DNA of 64,000 nucleotides from IMG/VR virus record IMGVR_UViG_3300015607_003164. One strand, written 5' to 3'. A program made the translations under genes and the position numbers. The notes beneath the pieces were generated by a model. It made no database searches, was not told the origin of the DNA, and worked only from the letters and a program-made list of their open reading frames with translations. Positions 1-9,934 of the stretch are shown piece after piece. Source of the DNA: an uncultured virus (IMG/VR IMGVR_UViG_3300015607_003164) (lineage: Duplodnaviria > Heunggongvirae > Uroviricota > Caudoviricetes). Numbering within the stretch: position 1 is the stretch's first letter; each line of letters opens with the position of its first letter.

Positions 1-914
1 GAGAAGTTATCTTCAAAGTCAAAATCATCAGATGATGGTTTTGCTTCAGCCTTAGCATTAGAGAATGAAGAAGAAGCTTTACCAGTTAAGAAGTTTGAAA
101 TCTCAGTGATTTTAGCTTGTTGCTCTTCAGACAAACGCTTAGCCGCAAATTCTTCTAAATCGTGCTCACGATCCATTAAGAAATCTTTGATTTTGCCTTG
201 TACAGAAGCATCAATTTGACCATCAGCATTCAAAGGGGCGTTTTTGAAAGCATTTTTCTCTTTGAAGTAAATAGGAAGTGATGTAGCTTCTGGCTTGAAC
301 ATACTCATTTTATAGTCTGGATAAGTTTCATCACCAGTTTGGATTTCTTTTACTACAAGTACGAAATCTTTACCAGCTTTCAAATCAAATACGTTACAAG
401 AAACGCCAGAGATTTCTCCATTCTTTTCAGCTTGGATTTTATCTTTGATTGTCTTACCGTATTGGAAAATCATAATCTTACCAACTAATTCTGGTTGTTG
501 TTCATCTTCAATAACCAATACATAAGAATAGTATTTCTTAGAGTATTTTAATTGTTTTGATTTTTCAATTAAGATTGCATTTTTTGAATTCTGCATTGTG
601 TAGTATAAGTCAGTCAAAGCACACTTCTCATTGAAGTTCTTTGGACTATCAAACCAACCAGAAAGCTCTTTTGGATTTTTAATATCAACATAGTGAGTAA
701 TTTTCTCAATTGCTGATTGTCCAACTTTACCATCTTTGGTTAAGTTTGGAAGAAATCTTACTACCGATCTCCATCCTTTCTTTTTGTCTTTACATTTTGC
801 AAGATCTACACGATAGATACCATCGTTACTTGCGCTTGATTTTTGGTCGTTAAGGAAGTCCATTTTACTGTCTAAACCGCCATTAAATAAATCATCAATT
901 TCATTAATTGCCAT
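1..914 (-). CDS. gp32: T4 gp32-like single-stranded DNA-binding protein (3' end runs off window)
   Basis: Not in ORF track; manual translation from ATG 914: MAINEIDDLF...VVRFLPN...YYSYVLVIEDEQQPELVGKIMIFQYGKTIKDKI...NVFDLKAGKDFVLVVK...YPDYKMS with acidic tail SSDDFDFEDNF, matching gp32 motifs. Confidence 0.85.
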   Translation of the reverse strand, partial: MAINEIDDLFNGGLDSKMDFLNDQKSSASNDGIYRVDLAKCKDKKKGWRSVVRFLPNLTKDGKVGQSAIEKITHYVDIKNPKELSGWFDSPKNFNEKCALTDLYYTMQNSKNAILIEKSKQLKYSKKYYSYVLVIEDEQQPELVGKIMIFQYGKTIKDKIQAEKNGEISGVSCNVFDLKAGKDFVLVVKEIQTGDETYPDYKMSMFKPEATSLPIYFKEKNAFKNAPLNADGQIDASVQGKIKDFLMDREHDLEEFAAKRLSEEQQAKITEISNFLTGKASSSFSNAKAEAKPSSDDFDFEDNF

Positions 915-960
915 AATTTTATTAATTTTTTTTATTATTCAGATTATTAATCTGATAGTA

Positions 961-989
961 TTTATATTAAGAAATATTTGTAAAGTTTA
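961..989 (-). promoter_or_regulatory. Class M promoter TAAAC-N18-TATAAA upstream of gp32
   Basis: One of 8 (T/G)AAAC-N17-18-TAnAA(T/A) sites found upstream of genes. Confidence 0.55.
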
Positions 990-1136
990 TTTATTTTTCA
1001 TATATTCCTCAATTAGTTTCTCTATAACTTTTGATTTATCTAATAGATTTTTATCTATATGTTTATCAAATAATTCATATAAATCTGGATCCATAGAAAA
1101 GTATATTTTAATTTTTCTTTTAGCTTTTTCCTTCAT
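987..1136 (-). CDS. Small ribbon-helix-helix-like DNA-binding protein (49 aa)
   Basis: Manual ORF MKEKAKRKIKIYFSMDPDLYELFDKHIDKNLLDKSKVIEKLIEEYMKNK; beta strand then helix-turn-KSxVI-helix pattern; GAAAC-N18-TATAAT directly upstream (1170-1142). Confidence 0.65.
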   Translation of the reverse strand: MKEKAKRKIKIYFSMDPDLYELFDKHIDKNLLDKSKVIEKLIEEYMKNK

Positions 1137-1150
1137 AATTTATTATAATT

Positions 1151-1738
1151 TTAATCAGACCATTTGTTTCCTTTTGATAAGTTATCTTTAGCCCAAAGTG
1201 GTTGAAAATTTGTATAGTGGTTAAGTTCATAAACTTTTTCTTCTGATTCTGCCCAACTTACCGGTATTTTATGATCTAAATGCCACTCACCTTGATTTTC
1301 CCAAGACATTCCTTCTTGAAATTGAGATTCTATGTATTTTTTAAACTCTTCAAATGAACAACCTAAAATATTATTAGTTTTTGATTTTTTTGAAAAACCT
1401 CCATTATAAAATGATATATAGATTAGATTTCTAATTTTTACAGTTAGGTGAAATAGACTATCAACCTTTTTCCTATTTGAAAGATAATTATTTCTTACAG
1501 ATTTATTTCTTACTGCATATTTTTTATTTCTCTCCTTAATATATTCAGTATTGTTACTATAATTTAATTTATTTCTCTCCTTAATAATATCTTTATTATC
1601 TTGATAATAATCTCTCATTTTGTCTTTTCTGCTATCGTTGTATCTTTTGTTTAAGATTTTATTACAATCTTTACATATACGATATCTCTTAAATTCAGAT
1701 AATTCTTTTTCAATATTGCACTTAGAACATTTTTTCAT
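1151..1738 (-). CDS. HNH homing endonuclease
   Basis: N-terminal CxxC..CxxC, K/E/N/Y-rich helix, LGCSFEEFKKYIESQF..GMSWEN.GEWHLDHKIP..NFQPLWAKDN. Confidence 0.85.
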   Translation of the reverse strand: MKKCSKCNIEKELSEFKRYRICKDCNKILNKRYNDSRKDKMRDYYQDNKDIIKERNKLNYSNNTEYIKERNKKYAVRNKSVRNNYLSNRKKVDSLFHLTVKIRNLIYISFYNGGFSKKSKTNNILGCSFEEFKKYIESQFQEGMSWENQGEWHLDHKIPVSWAESEEKVYELNHYTNFQPLWAKDNLSKGNKWSD

Positions 1739-1787
1739 AAGTTATATATTAAAATATAACTTCTCCCTTTTCTACTTTTTCTGCCTA

Positions 1788-3461
1788 TTAATAGTTTAAT
1801 AAAATCTTTATAGTATAGTCGTAAATATTAGTTTCATCACTAAATCCTCTATCAAATCTAGCATGGTCAAATACGACTTCTTTATAGTCAAGTGTTGGTA
1901 ATATAGATTCTAATGCTTCATCCAACATCAGTTCCATCTTTTTAAGATTAATACCACCAGTTGCTATAGAATTATCTCTATTACCAATCTCAATAACAAC
2001 AGAAGGTACATACATTTCAATTATCTTATTGATATCATATTTCTTCTTCTTTTCTATATCAAATTGAGATATTGTAACTTGTCTTCCTTTATGGTCATCA
2101 GTATCAAAAGAAGCACCAGCCTTAATACCCATTTCTTGGAAGTCATCAATGTTGAAGTTTTGGCATTGCCATTTTGGCTCAGTTACATAATAACTTTCAT
2201 CACTTTGTCTTAGAAAGTGTGATGGGTAAGAACCTATACTAAAAGTTGGTATAACTATATCTTTAATAATATGAACGATTATTCTTAGTTTATCTTTTTC
2301 GTCTTTATTTCTAACTGTAATTAAACCATTGTATTTATTTCTTAAAGGTTTATCATAGTTTTCAACATCACCATAAGCAACACAACACATTGTCCATTTA
2401 TCTTTACCAGAAGGTATTTGGTCATAAACATCATACATTCTCATATGTATTTCTTCTTCATCTACTTTAGTAAAGGCTTCAAATATTCTATCAACATAGT
2501 TTGATATTTTATCATACCAACCTTCACCAATAAAACGATCAGACCACTTTTTCATTGAATCTTTATTAACTGATTGGTGTTGAGGTCTAGACCATTCCCA
2601 AGATTTAAGATCTTCAATCCAATCATGAATACCATACTTATTTGATGATTCTAAAAATAGATTATATGATTTTATCTTCTTCATTATAGATTCATTTTTC
2701 TTATAACCTCTAAATCCTTTGTGAAACTTTTTCATATGTGAACATATTTCATCTAAAAATCCATTTCTATAGGCAAAAGTATATGCGTCACAAGAATTAA
2801 TTTTAAATTTATTTTTTGTATCATATTTTAAAGCCTCTATGTGACATTTATCTTTTGTCCAGTATTTTTTTTTCATTTTAATAGCCATATGTTTGGTTAT
2901 ATCATCTAACCAACCATTAATAGTTGCTGATTTATAAGCTCCTGATGAATTTCTCGAAAATGAAGTTCTATCTGAATACTTCATAGCCTCTTCTTTACAA
3001 CTATCATAGTCCCATTTTAATAAACTTGCTCCCACATCACCGTGTATTTTACGGTTTAGAATTACCCAATTATTATCTTTATATTCTTTTGTCTTTATAC
3101 CTTCCATTTTTTTAGAATATTCTAATGGAAGATAATCACTTAGCTGTTTAAAAATTGGAATTAAATTAGACTTACTCATATGAATAAAAACCGCACTTTT
3201 AGGGTCTGCTAAATGCTCATTTTTTCTTTTATTTAAATCATATGTTAAACCTATATAAACTTTATTATCACTAAATTCGAAAGAATATATCGCTCTATTT
3301 AACAAATTACCTCTGACTACCATATGTCCGCAGATTTCATCTAACCAATTATTCCTCCAAGCACTATTGTATGCTGGTCTACTTGAGTCTTGAAAGTCTT
3401 TTCTATTTTTATATTTCAGAGCTTCCTCTCTACATTTTTCCTTTGTCCAGATTAAATTCAT
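1788..3461 (-). CDS. GIY-YIG endonuclease with WTKEKC repeats, fused in frame to a capsid-tag protein (internal start at 2684)
   Basis: AIYSFEF..KVYIGLT..R..EH motif, three W-x3-C-xx-EA-xKY repeats; residue 260 begins MKKIKSYNLFLES. Confidence 0.7.
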   Translation of the reverse strand: MNLIWTKEKCREEALKYKNRKDFQDSSRPAYNSAWRNNWLDEICGHMVVRGNLLNRAIYSFEFSDNKVYIGLTYDLNKRKNEHLADPKSAVFIHMSKSNLIPIFKQLSDYLPLEYSKKMEGIKTKEYKDNNWVILNRKIHGDVGASLLKWDYDSCKEEAMKYSDRTSFSRNSSGAYKSATINGWLDDITKHMAIKMKKKYWTKDKCHIEALKYDTKNKFKINSCDAYTFAYRNGFLDEICSHMKKFHKGFRGYKKNESIMKKIKSYNLFLESSNKYGIHDWIEDLKSWEWSRPQHQSVNKDSMKKWSDRFIGEGWYDKISNYVDRIFEAFTKVDEEEIHMRMYDVYDQIPSGKDKWTMCCVAYGDVENYDKPLRNKYNGLITVRNKDEKDKLRIIVHIIKDIVIPTFSIGSYPSHFLRQSDESYYVTEPKWQCQNFNIDDFQEMGIKAGASFDTDDHKGRQVTISQFDIEKKKKYDINKIIEMYVPSVVIEIGNRDNSIATGGINLKKMELMLDEALESILPTLDYKEVVFDHARFDRGFSDETNIYDYTIKILLNY

Positions 3462-4240
3462 TTTTTTATAACATTTATTCTTTCCAGTTGATATTTCATG
3501 ATATCAACATTTTTGTGTTTTTGTAAAAAGTTTATAATTTTCTTATACATCTCAATGGTTATTTTCACATCTGTTAAGGCATCGTGATAACCAGCCATAT
3601 TAATACCAAGAGCGGGTCCTATTTTAGACATAGAAGATGAGATTAAACCACCATCTCTATCAGATGTGCCAATGAAATTAACCAAATCTTGATATTTAGT
3701 ATCGGTTTCAGCAAGTGCTTGTAAAAGTGGTAAGTAATATAATTGAATCAACATCTTAGTATCAAACACTTCATTCTTAATTTTATGACCGTATCTACCA
3801 GCCAACATAGCCATATCAAAACCAGCATTTTGTGCTATAAATAAGCAAGGCTCATAATTGCCTGTCCAGTCAAAGAATTGATTAAGTATATCTTGTTCAT
3901 TTTTATATTTATATTTACCAGAACCATATCTATTGAAACTAAGAACCCATTTAGTTCTATCATTTGGTAGATTATACTTTGATTTTGTTTCATCAGTAAG
4001 CTTAACTTTTTCATCAAAAGTCCCTAATTCATTAAAAGTGTTTGAGTTGAAATCATACTGATTTACAATTGCTGAAACTTGAGTTAGTTGTTGTTTCTTA
4101 GGGCCTCCTAAGCCTGTGGTTTCACAATCCAAAAAGCAGAATGGCATTTTAGATACATTTTCTATGTAGTCAAGCATTTCTGGTATTGTTTTATACCACA
4201 TTTTATTTTCATTTAATTGGTCATATCTAAGTATTTTCAT
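3458..4240 (-). CDS. DEDDh 3'-5' exonuclease (DnaQ-like) with N-terminal capsid-targeting-like tag
   Basis: FLDCETTGL, AQNAGFD, YHDALTDV; start moved to 4240 (MKILRYDQLNEN) just after AATATATA. Confidence 0.85.
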   Translation of the reverse strand: MKILRYDQLNENKMWYKTIPEMLDYIENVSKMPFCFLDCETTGLGGPKKQQLTQVSAIVNQYDFNSNTFNELGTFDEKVKLTDETKSKYNLPNDRTKWVLSFNRYGSGKYKYKNEQDILNQFFDWTGNYEPCLFIAQNAGFDMAMLAGRYGHKIKNEVFDTKMLIQLYYLPLLQALAETDTKYQDLVNFIGTSDRDGGLISSSMSKIGPALGINMAGYHDALTDVKITIEMYKKIINFLQKHKNVDIMKYQLERINVIKK

Positions 4241-4335
4241 AAGATATATATTATTTCTTTCAAGTATGATTATAAAAAAATAGATAATCATAGACACAGA
4301 AACTATATTTTTTAATATATAAAAGTAAAAACTAT

Positions 4336-5058
4336 ATGAAAAATTGCAAAAAATGTGAAATTGATATAAGTGAAAGACCTAAAAATTCTAAATATTGTAA
4401 AGAATGTGCTTATGAAAATAAAAAATCAAATATGAAAGAGATATCTTCCAAACACTATTTTGAAAATAAGGAAAGATTAAAACCAATTAGAAAGAAATGG
4501 CGAGATGATAATAAAAATAAGGAAAAAGAATATAATAAACAAAGATATGCTACTAAGGATAAAGAAAGACTTTCAAATTATTACAATGAGAATAAAGATG
4601 AAATAAATAAACGAAGAAAGGAGTATAGAAAAACAGATGAGTATAAAAAGTGGATAAATGAATATAGAATAAGGAATGCTCATAAACAAAGATATAGAGA
4701 CTCTTTAAAGTCTGTTATAAGAAGATTGAATCGTGATAAAAATGATTACACAAATAATTTATTGGGTTATAGTGATATGGATTTTAAAATTCATATAGAA
4801 AATCAATTTACCGATAAAATGAGTTGGGCTGATAGAAAATCATTTGAGATTGATCATATTATTCCAATATCTGCATTTATTGATAATACATCTTTGTCTA
4901 TTGTTAGTTCTTTAGAAAATCTAAAACCAATTGATCCTGAAGATAATATTAGAAAATACACATCTATAGATTATAATTATATTCATTTATATGAAAAATA
5001 TATTGATTTCCTAAAAGATGAGTATAAGATTAAAATATTGAATTATATTTCAAAATAG
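4336..5058 (+). CDS. HNH homing endonuclease
   Basis: CxxC pairs, LLGYS..DFKIHIENQFTDKMSW...FEIDHIIP..NLKPI...N. Confidence 0.8.
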   Translation: MKNCKKCEIDISERPKNSKYCKECAYENKKSNMKEISSKHYFENKERLKPIRKKWRDDNKNKEKEYNKQRYATKDKERLSNYYNENKDEINKRRKEYRKTDEYKKWINEYRIRNAHKQRYRDSLKSVIRRLNRDKNDYTNNLLGYSDMDFKIHIENQFTDKMSWADRKSFEIDHIIPISAFIDNTSLSIVSSLENLKPIDPEDNIRKYTSIDYNYIHLYEKYIDFLKDEYKIKILNYISK

Positions 5059-5585
5059 AACTTTTTACCATTTGATAAAGAATAACATATCTTATTCACA
5101 TTCTTAACAGTATATTTATAGTCATCTTTAATATATTTCTTACCCATTCCTTTCTTAACATAAGCAATTGTAATATGTGGTTTGTATTCAGGAAATTGGT
5201 TTGAGTTAGGTAGTTTTGATAACTCTTCAAATAAGTATTGAAGAGAACCTTGAGGATTAACATTAAATTTAACTACATCAAATTTATCATTTTCAAATAT
5301 ACCAACACCATTAACTTCAATGTTAATGTCACCATCAAAGTTTTCAAATACTGATTTAACTTGTTCAAGTGTTACATCATCATGTAATCCATATAGTAAA
5401 GTAATGTGTGGGTTTTTTTGAATACCCTTTGGATCACCATTCTCTTCTTGCTCAAATATATCTTCTGGATCAATAGATGATGTTATTTCATCCCAGTTAC
5501 TTACCGGAACCTCAATCATTACACAGCCATATTTATGACCATTGATTGCCTCGTTTATAAACTGTATATAACTTTTAATTATCAT
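5043..5585 (-). CDS. 2H phosphoesterase, Acb1/gp57B-like, with capsid-targeting-like tag
   Basis: Two HxT motifs (PHITLLYG, YKPHITIAY); FPEYKPHITIAY resembles T4 Acb1 FDDYTPHITLSY; N-term MIIKSYIQFINEA. Confidence 0.8.
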   Translation of the reverse strand: MIIKSYIQFINEAINGHKYGCVMIEVPVSNWDEITSSIDPEDIFEQEENGDPKGIQKNPHITLLYGLHDDVTLEQVKSVFENFDGDINIEVNGVGIFENDKFDVVKFNVNPQGSLQYLFEELSKLPNSNQFPEYKPHITIAYVKKGMGKKYIKDDYKYTVKNVNKICYSLSNGKKFYFEI

Positions 5586-6004
5586 ATTCTACCTTGTATT
5601 ATTATTCTTTTATCACCACCTAAGTTATTATATGAGAATTTGAAATCAAGTCCAATTTCTTCTTGTAATCTTTTTATAGCAGTTATGAAATCTTGATACT
5701 CTTCTGTTTCTTTTCCATCTTTATCTTCCCATTTAATATCACCATTTGAATCCATTGATCCAGTGAATTCAAATCTACCATCCTTTTCCCATTTGTGAAA
5801 AGTAACATATTCATCTTCTCTTTCTTTCATTATATATTTGAAATGAGGTATTGGGTGATATGATAGAAGACTATCATCATATCCTCCTTCTGACCAGTAC
5901 CAACCATTATCTTCAAACTCTTGAAAACAATCTTTTATAGAGTCAAGAACTTGATTATAAATCTGTTCTTCCATTGATTCATTAAATCTTCTAAGATATT
6001 TCAT
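5582..6004 (-). CDS. Capsid-tag protein, KDxxxELxDxG family
   Basis: MKYLRRFNES; SIKDCFQEFEDNGW; AIKRL. Confidence 0.7.
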   Translation of the reverse strand: MKYLRRFNESMEEQIYNQVLDSIKDCFQEFEDNGWYWSEGGYDDSLLSYHPIPHFKYIMKEREDEYVTFHKWEKDGRFEFTGSMDSNGDIKWEDKDGKETEEYQDFITAIKRLQEEIGLDFKFSYNNLGGDKRIIIQGRI

Positions 6005-6018
6005 ATAAGTATATATAA

Positions 6019-6042
6019 AAAAAGAGAGTTAAAAACTCTCTT
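6019..6042. terminator. Intrinsic terminator, AAGAGAGTT/AACTCTCTT type, abutting a TATATATA promoter
   Basis: Inverted repeat with A-tract; same stem recurs at ~31133 and ~45645. Confidence 0.7.
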
Positions 6043-6331
6043 ATTCTTCGTCTTTATAGACTAATTTAATTTCATCTTGCCAGCCTTCTGGAAGTTCTTC
6101 TTCTGGCTCTTGGTCAAAACCAAAGTCCATTCCAACTAAGTAACTCATAACAGAGTCAATCATTAATTGGTCAGCACCTCTTTCTTTCATATAAGCTTCA
6201 AAGTCTTCTACTGTATAGTAACCTTTTTCTGCTTTTAGTTTTTGCAATTCTGGTAAAATACTAATAGCAATATCTTCATGAATATCAGAATCAATTTTAC
6301 CGTATGCTTCAAATGTTTTTAAGTATTTCAT
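6041..6331 (-). CDS. Capsid-tag hypothetical protein
   Basis: MKYLKTFEA; acidic. Confidence 0.7.
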   Translation of the reverse strand: MKYLKTFEAYGKIDSDIHEDIAISILPELQKLKAEKGYYTVEDFEAYMKERGADQLMIDSVMSYLVGMDFGFDQEPEEELPEGWQDEIKLVYKDEE

Positions 6332-6336
6332 AAATA

Positions 6337-6792
6337 TTAATTATTTTTAGTCCATTCTTGAATCATATCACCGATATACCCAATAAACTCAGGATCACTT
6401 TCTTTAATAGCATCAACATCTAATTTACAAGCATCCAATATTCTTTCAACCAATTTTTCAACTGGTTCTGAATTTGTTGGTTCTTCATTCTCCATTGCTT
6501 CTTCATCTCTTAAAGTTTCATCTAAGATTATTTGTAAGAAGTTATCTGGATCAGATATACGACCACTATTAATAACTTGTTGAAGTTCTTCAGATGTAAA
6601 TGTTAATTCATTACACAAGTCACCTAATTCAGAAAGAATATCAGTATTTGAAGGTTGGTCACCTTCTTCTAATTCACTCTCATCATAGTTGATAATTTTA
6701 TCAGCCATTTTAATGAATTCTTCAATTCTATTAAAACTATGTGGATGATGAGGATTTCCTATTTCCTCATTAAATTTCTTTAAGTATTTCAT
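6337..6792 (-). CDS. Capsid-tag acidic hypothetical protein
   Basis: MKYLKKFNEE. Confidence 0.7.
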   Translation of the reverse strand: MKYLKKFNEEIGNPHHPHSFNRIEEFIKMADKIINYDESELEEGDQPSNTDILSELGDLCNELTFTSEELQQVINSGRISDPDNFLQIILDETLRDEEAMENEEPTNSEPVEKLVERILDACKLDVDAIKESDPEFIGYIGDMIQEWTKNN

Positions 6793-7319
6793 TATTTACT
6801 TTTCCTTTTTGACTCACCTGAGAACGGAGACATTAAATGTTTTAAGTTCCAAGAAGGAACAAACTTTTTATTATGCTTTTCAAAATCTTCATATGATTCA
6901 ATTCCCGAATCAACCGGATTTTGAATATATTGAATATTGGCACCTTGTTTATTCATATCAGAAATTCTATTACCAATATCAGTCTTAGATGATTGTTTCA
7001 TAACTCTTTTAAGCTGATCAACAGTTTGTTGACGAGGCAAAGATTCATTTGTTGTATCGCCTAAGACAACATCAATTGTACCATCTTCGTTGAATTTAGC
7101 AAACCAAGGACTATTAGCAATTTCAATAGTTTTACCAACTAATTCTTCGTTGATATCTTCTGGTCCAAATGGTTTAACAGTTTTAACACCATCTTCGTCA
7201 ATAACAAAGTGAAAATCATCACCTTTGTTTTTTTTGATAAGTCCTTTTATTCTACCCGCTACAGTTATAAATTCTGTAACACCGCCATAAGGTTTTAAAC
7301 GAGCTCTAATAATACGCAT
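6792..7319 (-). CDS. Hypothetical protein
   Basis: 175-aa ORF coupled to neighbours (TAATG overlap). Confidence 0.6.
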   Translation of the reverse strand: MRIIRARLKPYGGVTEFITVAGRIKGLIKKNKGDDFHFVIDEDGVKTVKPFGPEDINEELVGKTIEIANSPWFAKFNEDGTIDVVLGDTTNESLPRQQTVDQLKRVMKQSSKTDIGNRISDMNKQGANIQYIQNPVDSGIESYEDFEKHNKKFVPSWNLKHLMSPFSGESKRKSK

Positions 7320-7932
7320 TTTCTGTTTTATTTATTTTTATATCTCTATTTATTTTACTACAAAGCGGTTGTAAATTTGTATAACTATTTAATCTTAGTA
7401 TTTCATCTTCATCTTTTGCTGACGATATTGGTATAATGTGATCAATGTCCCATCCATAGTTTAAATCGCCATTGTATAGACCATAATTATCCCAAGTCAT
7501 CCAAGACTCAAACTTTGACTCTATATGTAATTTAAATTCTTCAAATGAACATCCTAAAATTTCAAAAGTTTTTGATGATTTACTATAACCATTACGATTT
7601 AGTGAATTTGAAATTAAACTTCTTACAACACATTTTAAATTAAATAGTTTATCAGATTTCTTTCTTTCCTTTTGATATTCATTTCTAGAACTATTTATAG
7701 ATTTTTTATTTTCTTGATAGTAGATTTTATCTAGTTCTTTTTTATATTCTTTGTTATCAGTATTCCATTTTTTACTTCTCTCATTATTTTCCTCTTTATT
7801 TTTCAAATGATATTTTTTATTATTTGATTTTTTATTCGGATTTTCTTTAGATTTTTTTAATAGAGATTCTTTATTATTTTCATAATAATTTTTGAAATAT
7901 TCTTTTCTTTTATCAATATCCTTTATTGGCAT
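7306..7932 (-). CDS. HNH homing endonuclease
   Basis: ILGCSFEEFKLHIESKFESWMTWDNYG...WDIDHIIP..NLQPLCSKINR. Confidence 0.85.
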   Translation of the reverse strand: MPIKDIDKRKEYFKNYYENNKESLLKKSKENPNKKSNNKKYHLKNKEENNERSKKWNTDNKEYKKELDKIYYQENKKSINSSRNEYQKERKKSDKLFNLKCVVRSLISNSLNRNGYSKSSKTFEILGCSFEEFKLHIESKFESWMTWDNYGLYNGDLNYGWDIDHIIPISSAKDEDEILRLNSYTNLQPLCSKINRDIKINKTENAYY

Positions 7933-7966
7933 AATATAAAATCATTTTGTAAGGTATATATTAAAT

Positions 7967-7997
7967 AAAAAAACCCACTCTTTTGAAGTGGGCTTTT
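7967..7997. terminator. Intrinsic terminator, AACCCACT/AGTGGG type
   Basis: Imperfect inverted repeat flanked by A and T tracts; same stem at 47016 and 54331. Confidence 0.65.
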
Positions 7998-9204
7998 ATT
8001 TAATCATTTCATAGAACTCATTGATGGAGATGTCAGTCCTTTCACCTTTAGATAAATTATCATAACTATCAACTAATCTTAAATTGCTATAATGTGAAAT
8101 TAACTTAGGATCTATTTCATTTTTCCAACCCTCTATAACTGGGAAAATGTGATCAATGTGATTTGAATGTATTCCCCTATCTAAACCATTTGGATTTATA
8201 ATATTTTTATATTCTTCATATGTTTTTTCTGTATAGTAAGAAACAGCTCTTCTATATGATTTTATATCTTTTAACTCATCATCTGTCCATTTGTAAATAT
8301 TACCATTCTGTTTTCTAACTGATAATGATTTAATAACTACATCTTTATTCTTCATAGGGTGTATGTGACCATACTTTTGTACAAATAAATCATTCATATT
8401 CTTTTTAAAATCCTTTGTTTTAAATATATGATCTTCTCCATATCTTTCTAAACAAGTATTTTTATATTTTTCCTTAAATTGTTCAGTATTTGATATATGT
8501 CCACCATATCTTTCTTCCATTGTTTTTAATGCCTTTTCTCTTGTTATCAATCCTATGTTATCAACCCCATATTTCTCAATACATGTTTCTTTTGTTCTAC
8601 TTTTCTTTTCATCAGAATTGGAAGAACATTTAACTGAACAATATTCATGATAACCCTTAGTAAATGTATCAAAAGATATTGTATTATAATTACAGTGTTT
8701 ACAAAGAGGTCTTGAACTCATATTATGTAAATAAAAATATACCTTTTCAGGGAAACTAGCATTAAATTTAATGCTTTCATTTATAGAATTTACTAATTCA
8801 GGATAAACTTTAGATAAACTAGACTCAACTAACTTAATACTATTAGTATTGAAATATTCGATAAATTCTTCTTTCTTTTCTAATTTTGGATGAGATTTTC
8901 TTCTTGGGTTATTTTTAGTACCTGTTAATTTACCAGCGCATTTTATAGAACAAGTAGTTCTATATTTATTATCTTTTTCTATCCAATTCAACTCATTTGT
9001 TTTACAAACCGGACAAATAAACCTATCCATTTTATTGTTTAAGAAATGGTATAATTTCTGTTTAAAAGTTCCAAAATCCAAATAATTTTCTATAAAAGTA
9101 GAAAACTCATTTTCTAATTTAATCTTTTTAACTAAATTAGAAAATGAGCTTCTACTTTTATCTGATATATAGTGATCTTTTATTAATTTTTTTAAACTTT
9201 CCAT
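7996..9204 (-). CDS. Homing endonuclease with Zn ribbons, KYGVxN repeats and C-terminal HNH
   Basis: CPVC..CSIKC, TCIEKYGVDN-type repeats, HIDHIFP...NLRLV...NLSK. Confidence 0.75.
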   Translation of the reverse strand: MESLKKLIKDHYISDKSRSSFSNLVKKIKLENEFSTFIENYLDFGTFKQKLYHFLNNKMDRFICPVCKTNELNWIEKDNKYRTTCSIKCAGKLTGTKNNPRRKSHPKLEKKEEFIEYFNTNSIKLVESSLSKVYPELVNSINESIKFNASFPEKVYFYLHNMSSRPLCKHCNYNTISFDTFTKGYHEYCSVKCSSNSDEKKSRTKETCIEKYGVDNIGLITREKALKTMEERYGGHISNTEQFKEKYKNTCLERYGEDHIFKTKDFKKNMNDLFVQKYGHIHPMKNKDVVIKSLSVRKQNGNIYKWTDDELKDIKSYRRAVSYYTEKTYEEYKNIINPNGLDRGIHSNHIDHIFPVIEGWKNEIDPKLISHYSNLRLVDSYDNLSKGERTDISINEFYEMIK

Positions 9205-9256
9205 ATATAATTTTATTTTTATATATAAAAAAGTCGGACTTACCTTTTAATAAATT

Positions 9257-9934
9257 TTAGAAATCTTCTGAAAGATTGTCAAAATCTATGTTTTTATCGG
9301 ATGTTTTCTGATACTCTGCCACACGCTTTTCAAAGAAATTACTCTTATTTTGTAATGAAATCATATCCATAAAGTCAAATGGATTCTCAACATTGTAAAC
9401 TTTTGGACAACCTAAAGCACTCATCCAGAAGTCAGCTACATATTGAATGTATTGTTCCATTAATCTTGAGTTCATACCAATTAAAGATACTGATAAAGAT
9501 TCTGTAATGAATTCTTTTTCAATTTCAACAGCTGAGCAAATGATTTCTTGAATTCTCTCAACCGAAACTTTATTTTGAACATATCTATTGTGTAACAAAC
9601 AAGCAAACTGACAGTGTAATCCTTCATCTCTTGAAATTAATTCATTAGAGAATGACAAACCTGGCATTAAGCCTCTCTTCTTTAACCAGAAGATTGAACA
9701 GAATGAACCAGAGAAGAAGATACCTTCAACTGCGGCAAATGCAATTAATCTTTCAGCAAATGATTCAGAGTTAATCCACTTCAAAGCCCAGTCAGCTTTC
9801 TTCATAATAGATGGAAAATTATCAATTGCATGAAACAACTTATCCTTTTCAACAGAATCCTTGATATAGGTATCAATCAAAAGAGAATACGTTTCAGAGT
9901 GAACATTTTCCATAGCAATTTGAAAACCATAAAA
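9257..9934 (-). pseudogene. nrdB: Class Ia ribonucleotide reductase beta subunit, 5'-truncated
   Basis: [46 protein letters not shown]; homology stops abruptly upstream of FYGFQ (9934) and an in-frame stop follows, so the N-terminal part is missing. Confidence 0.85.
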
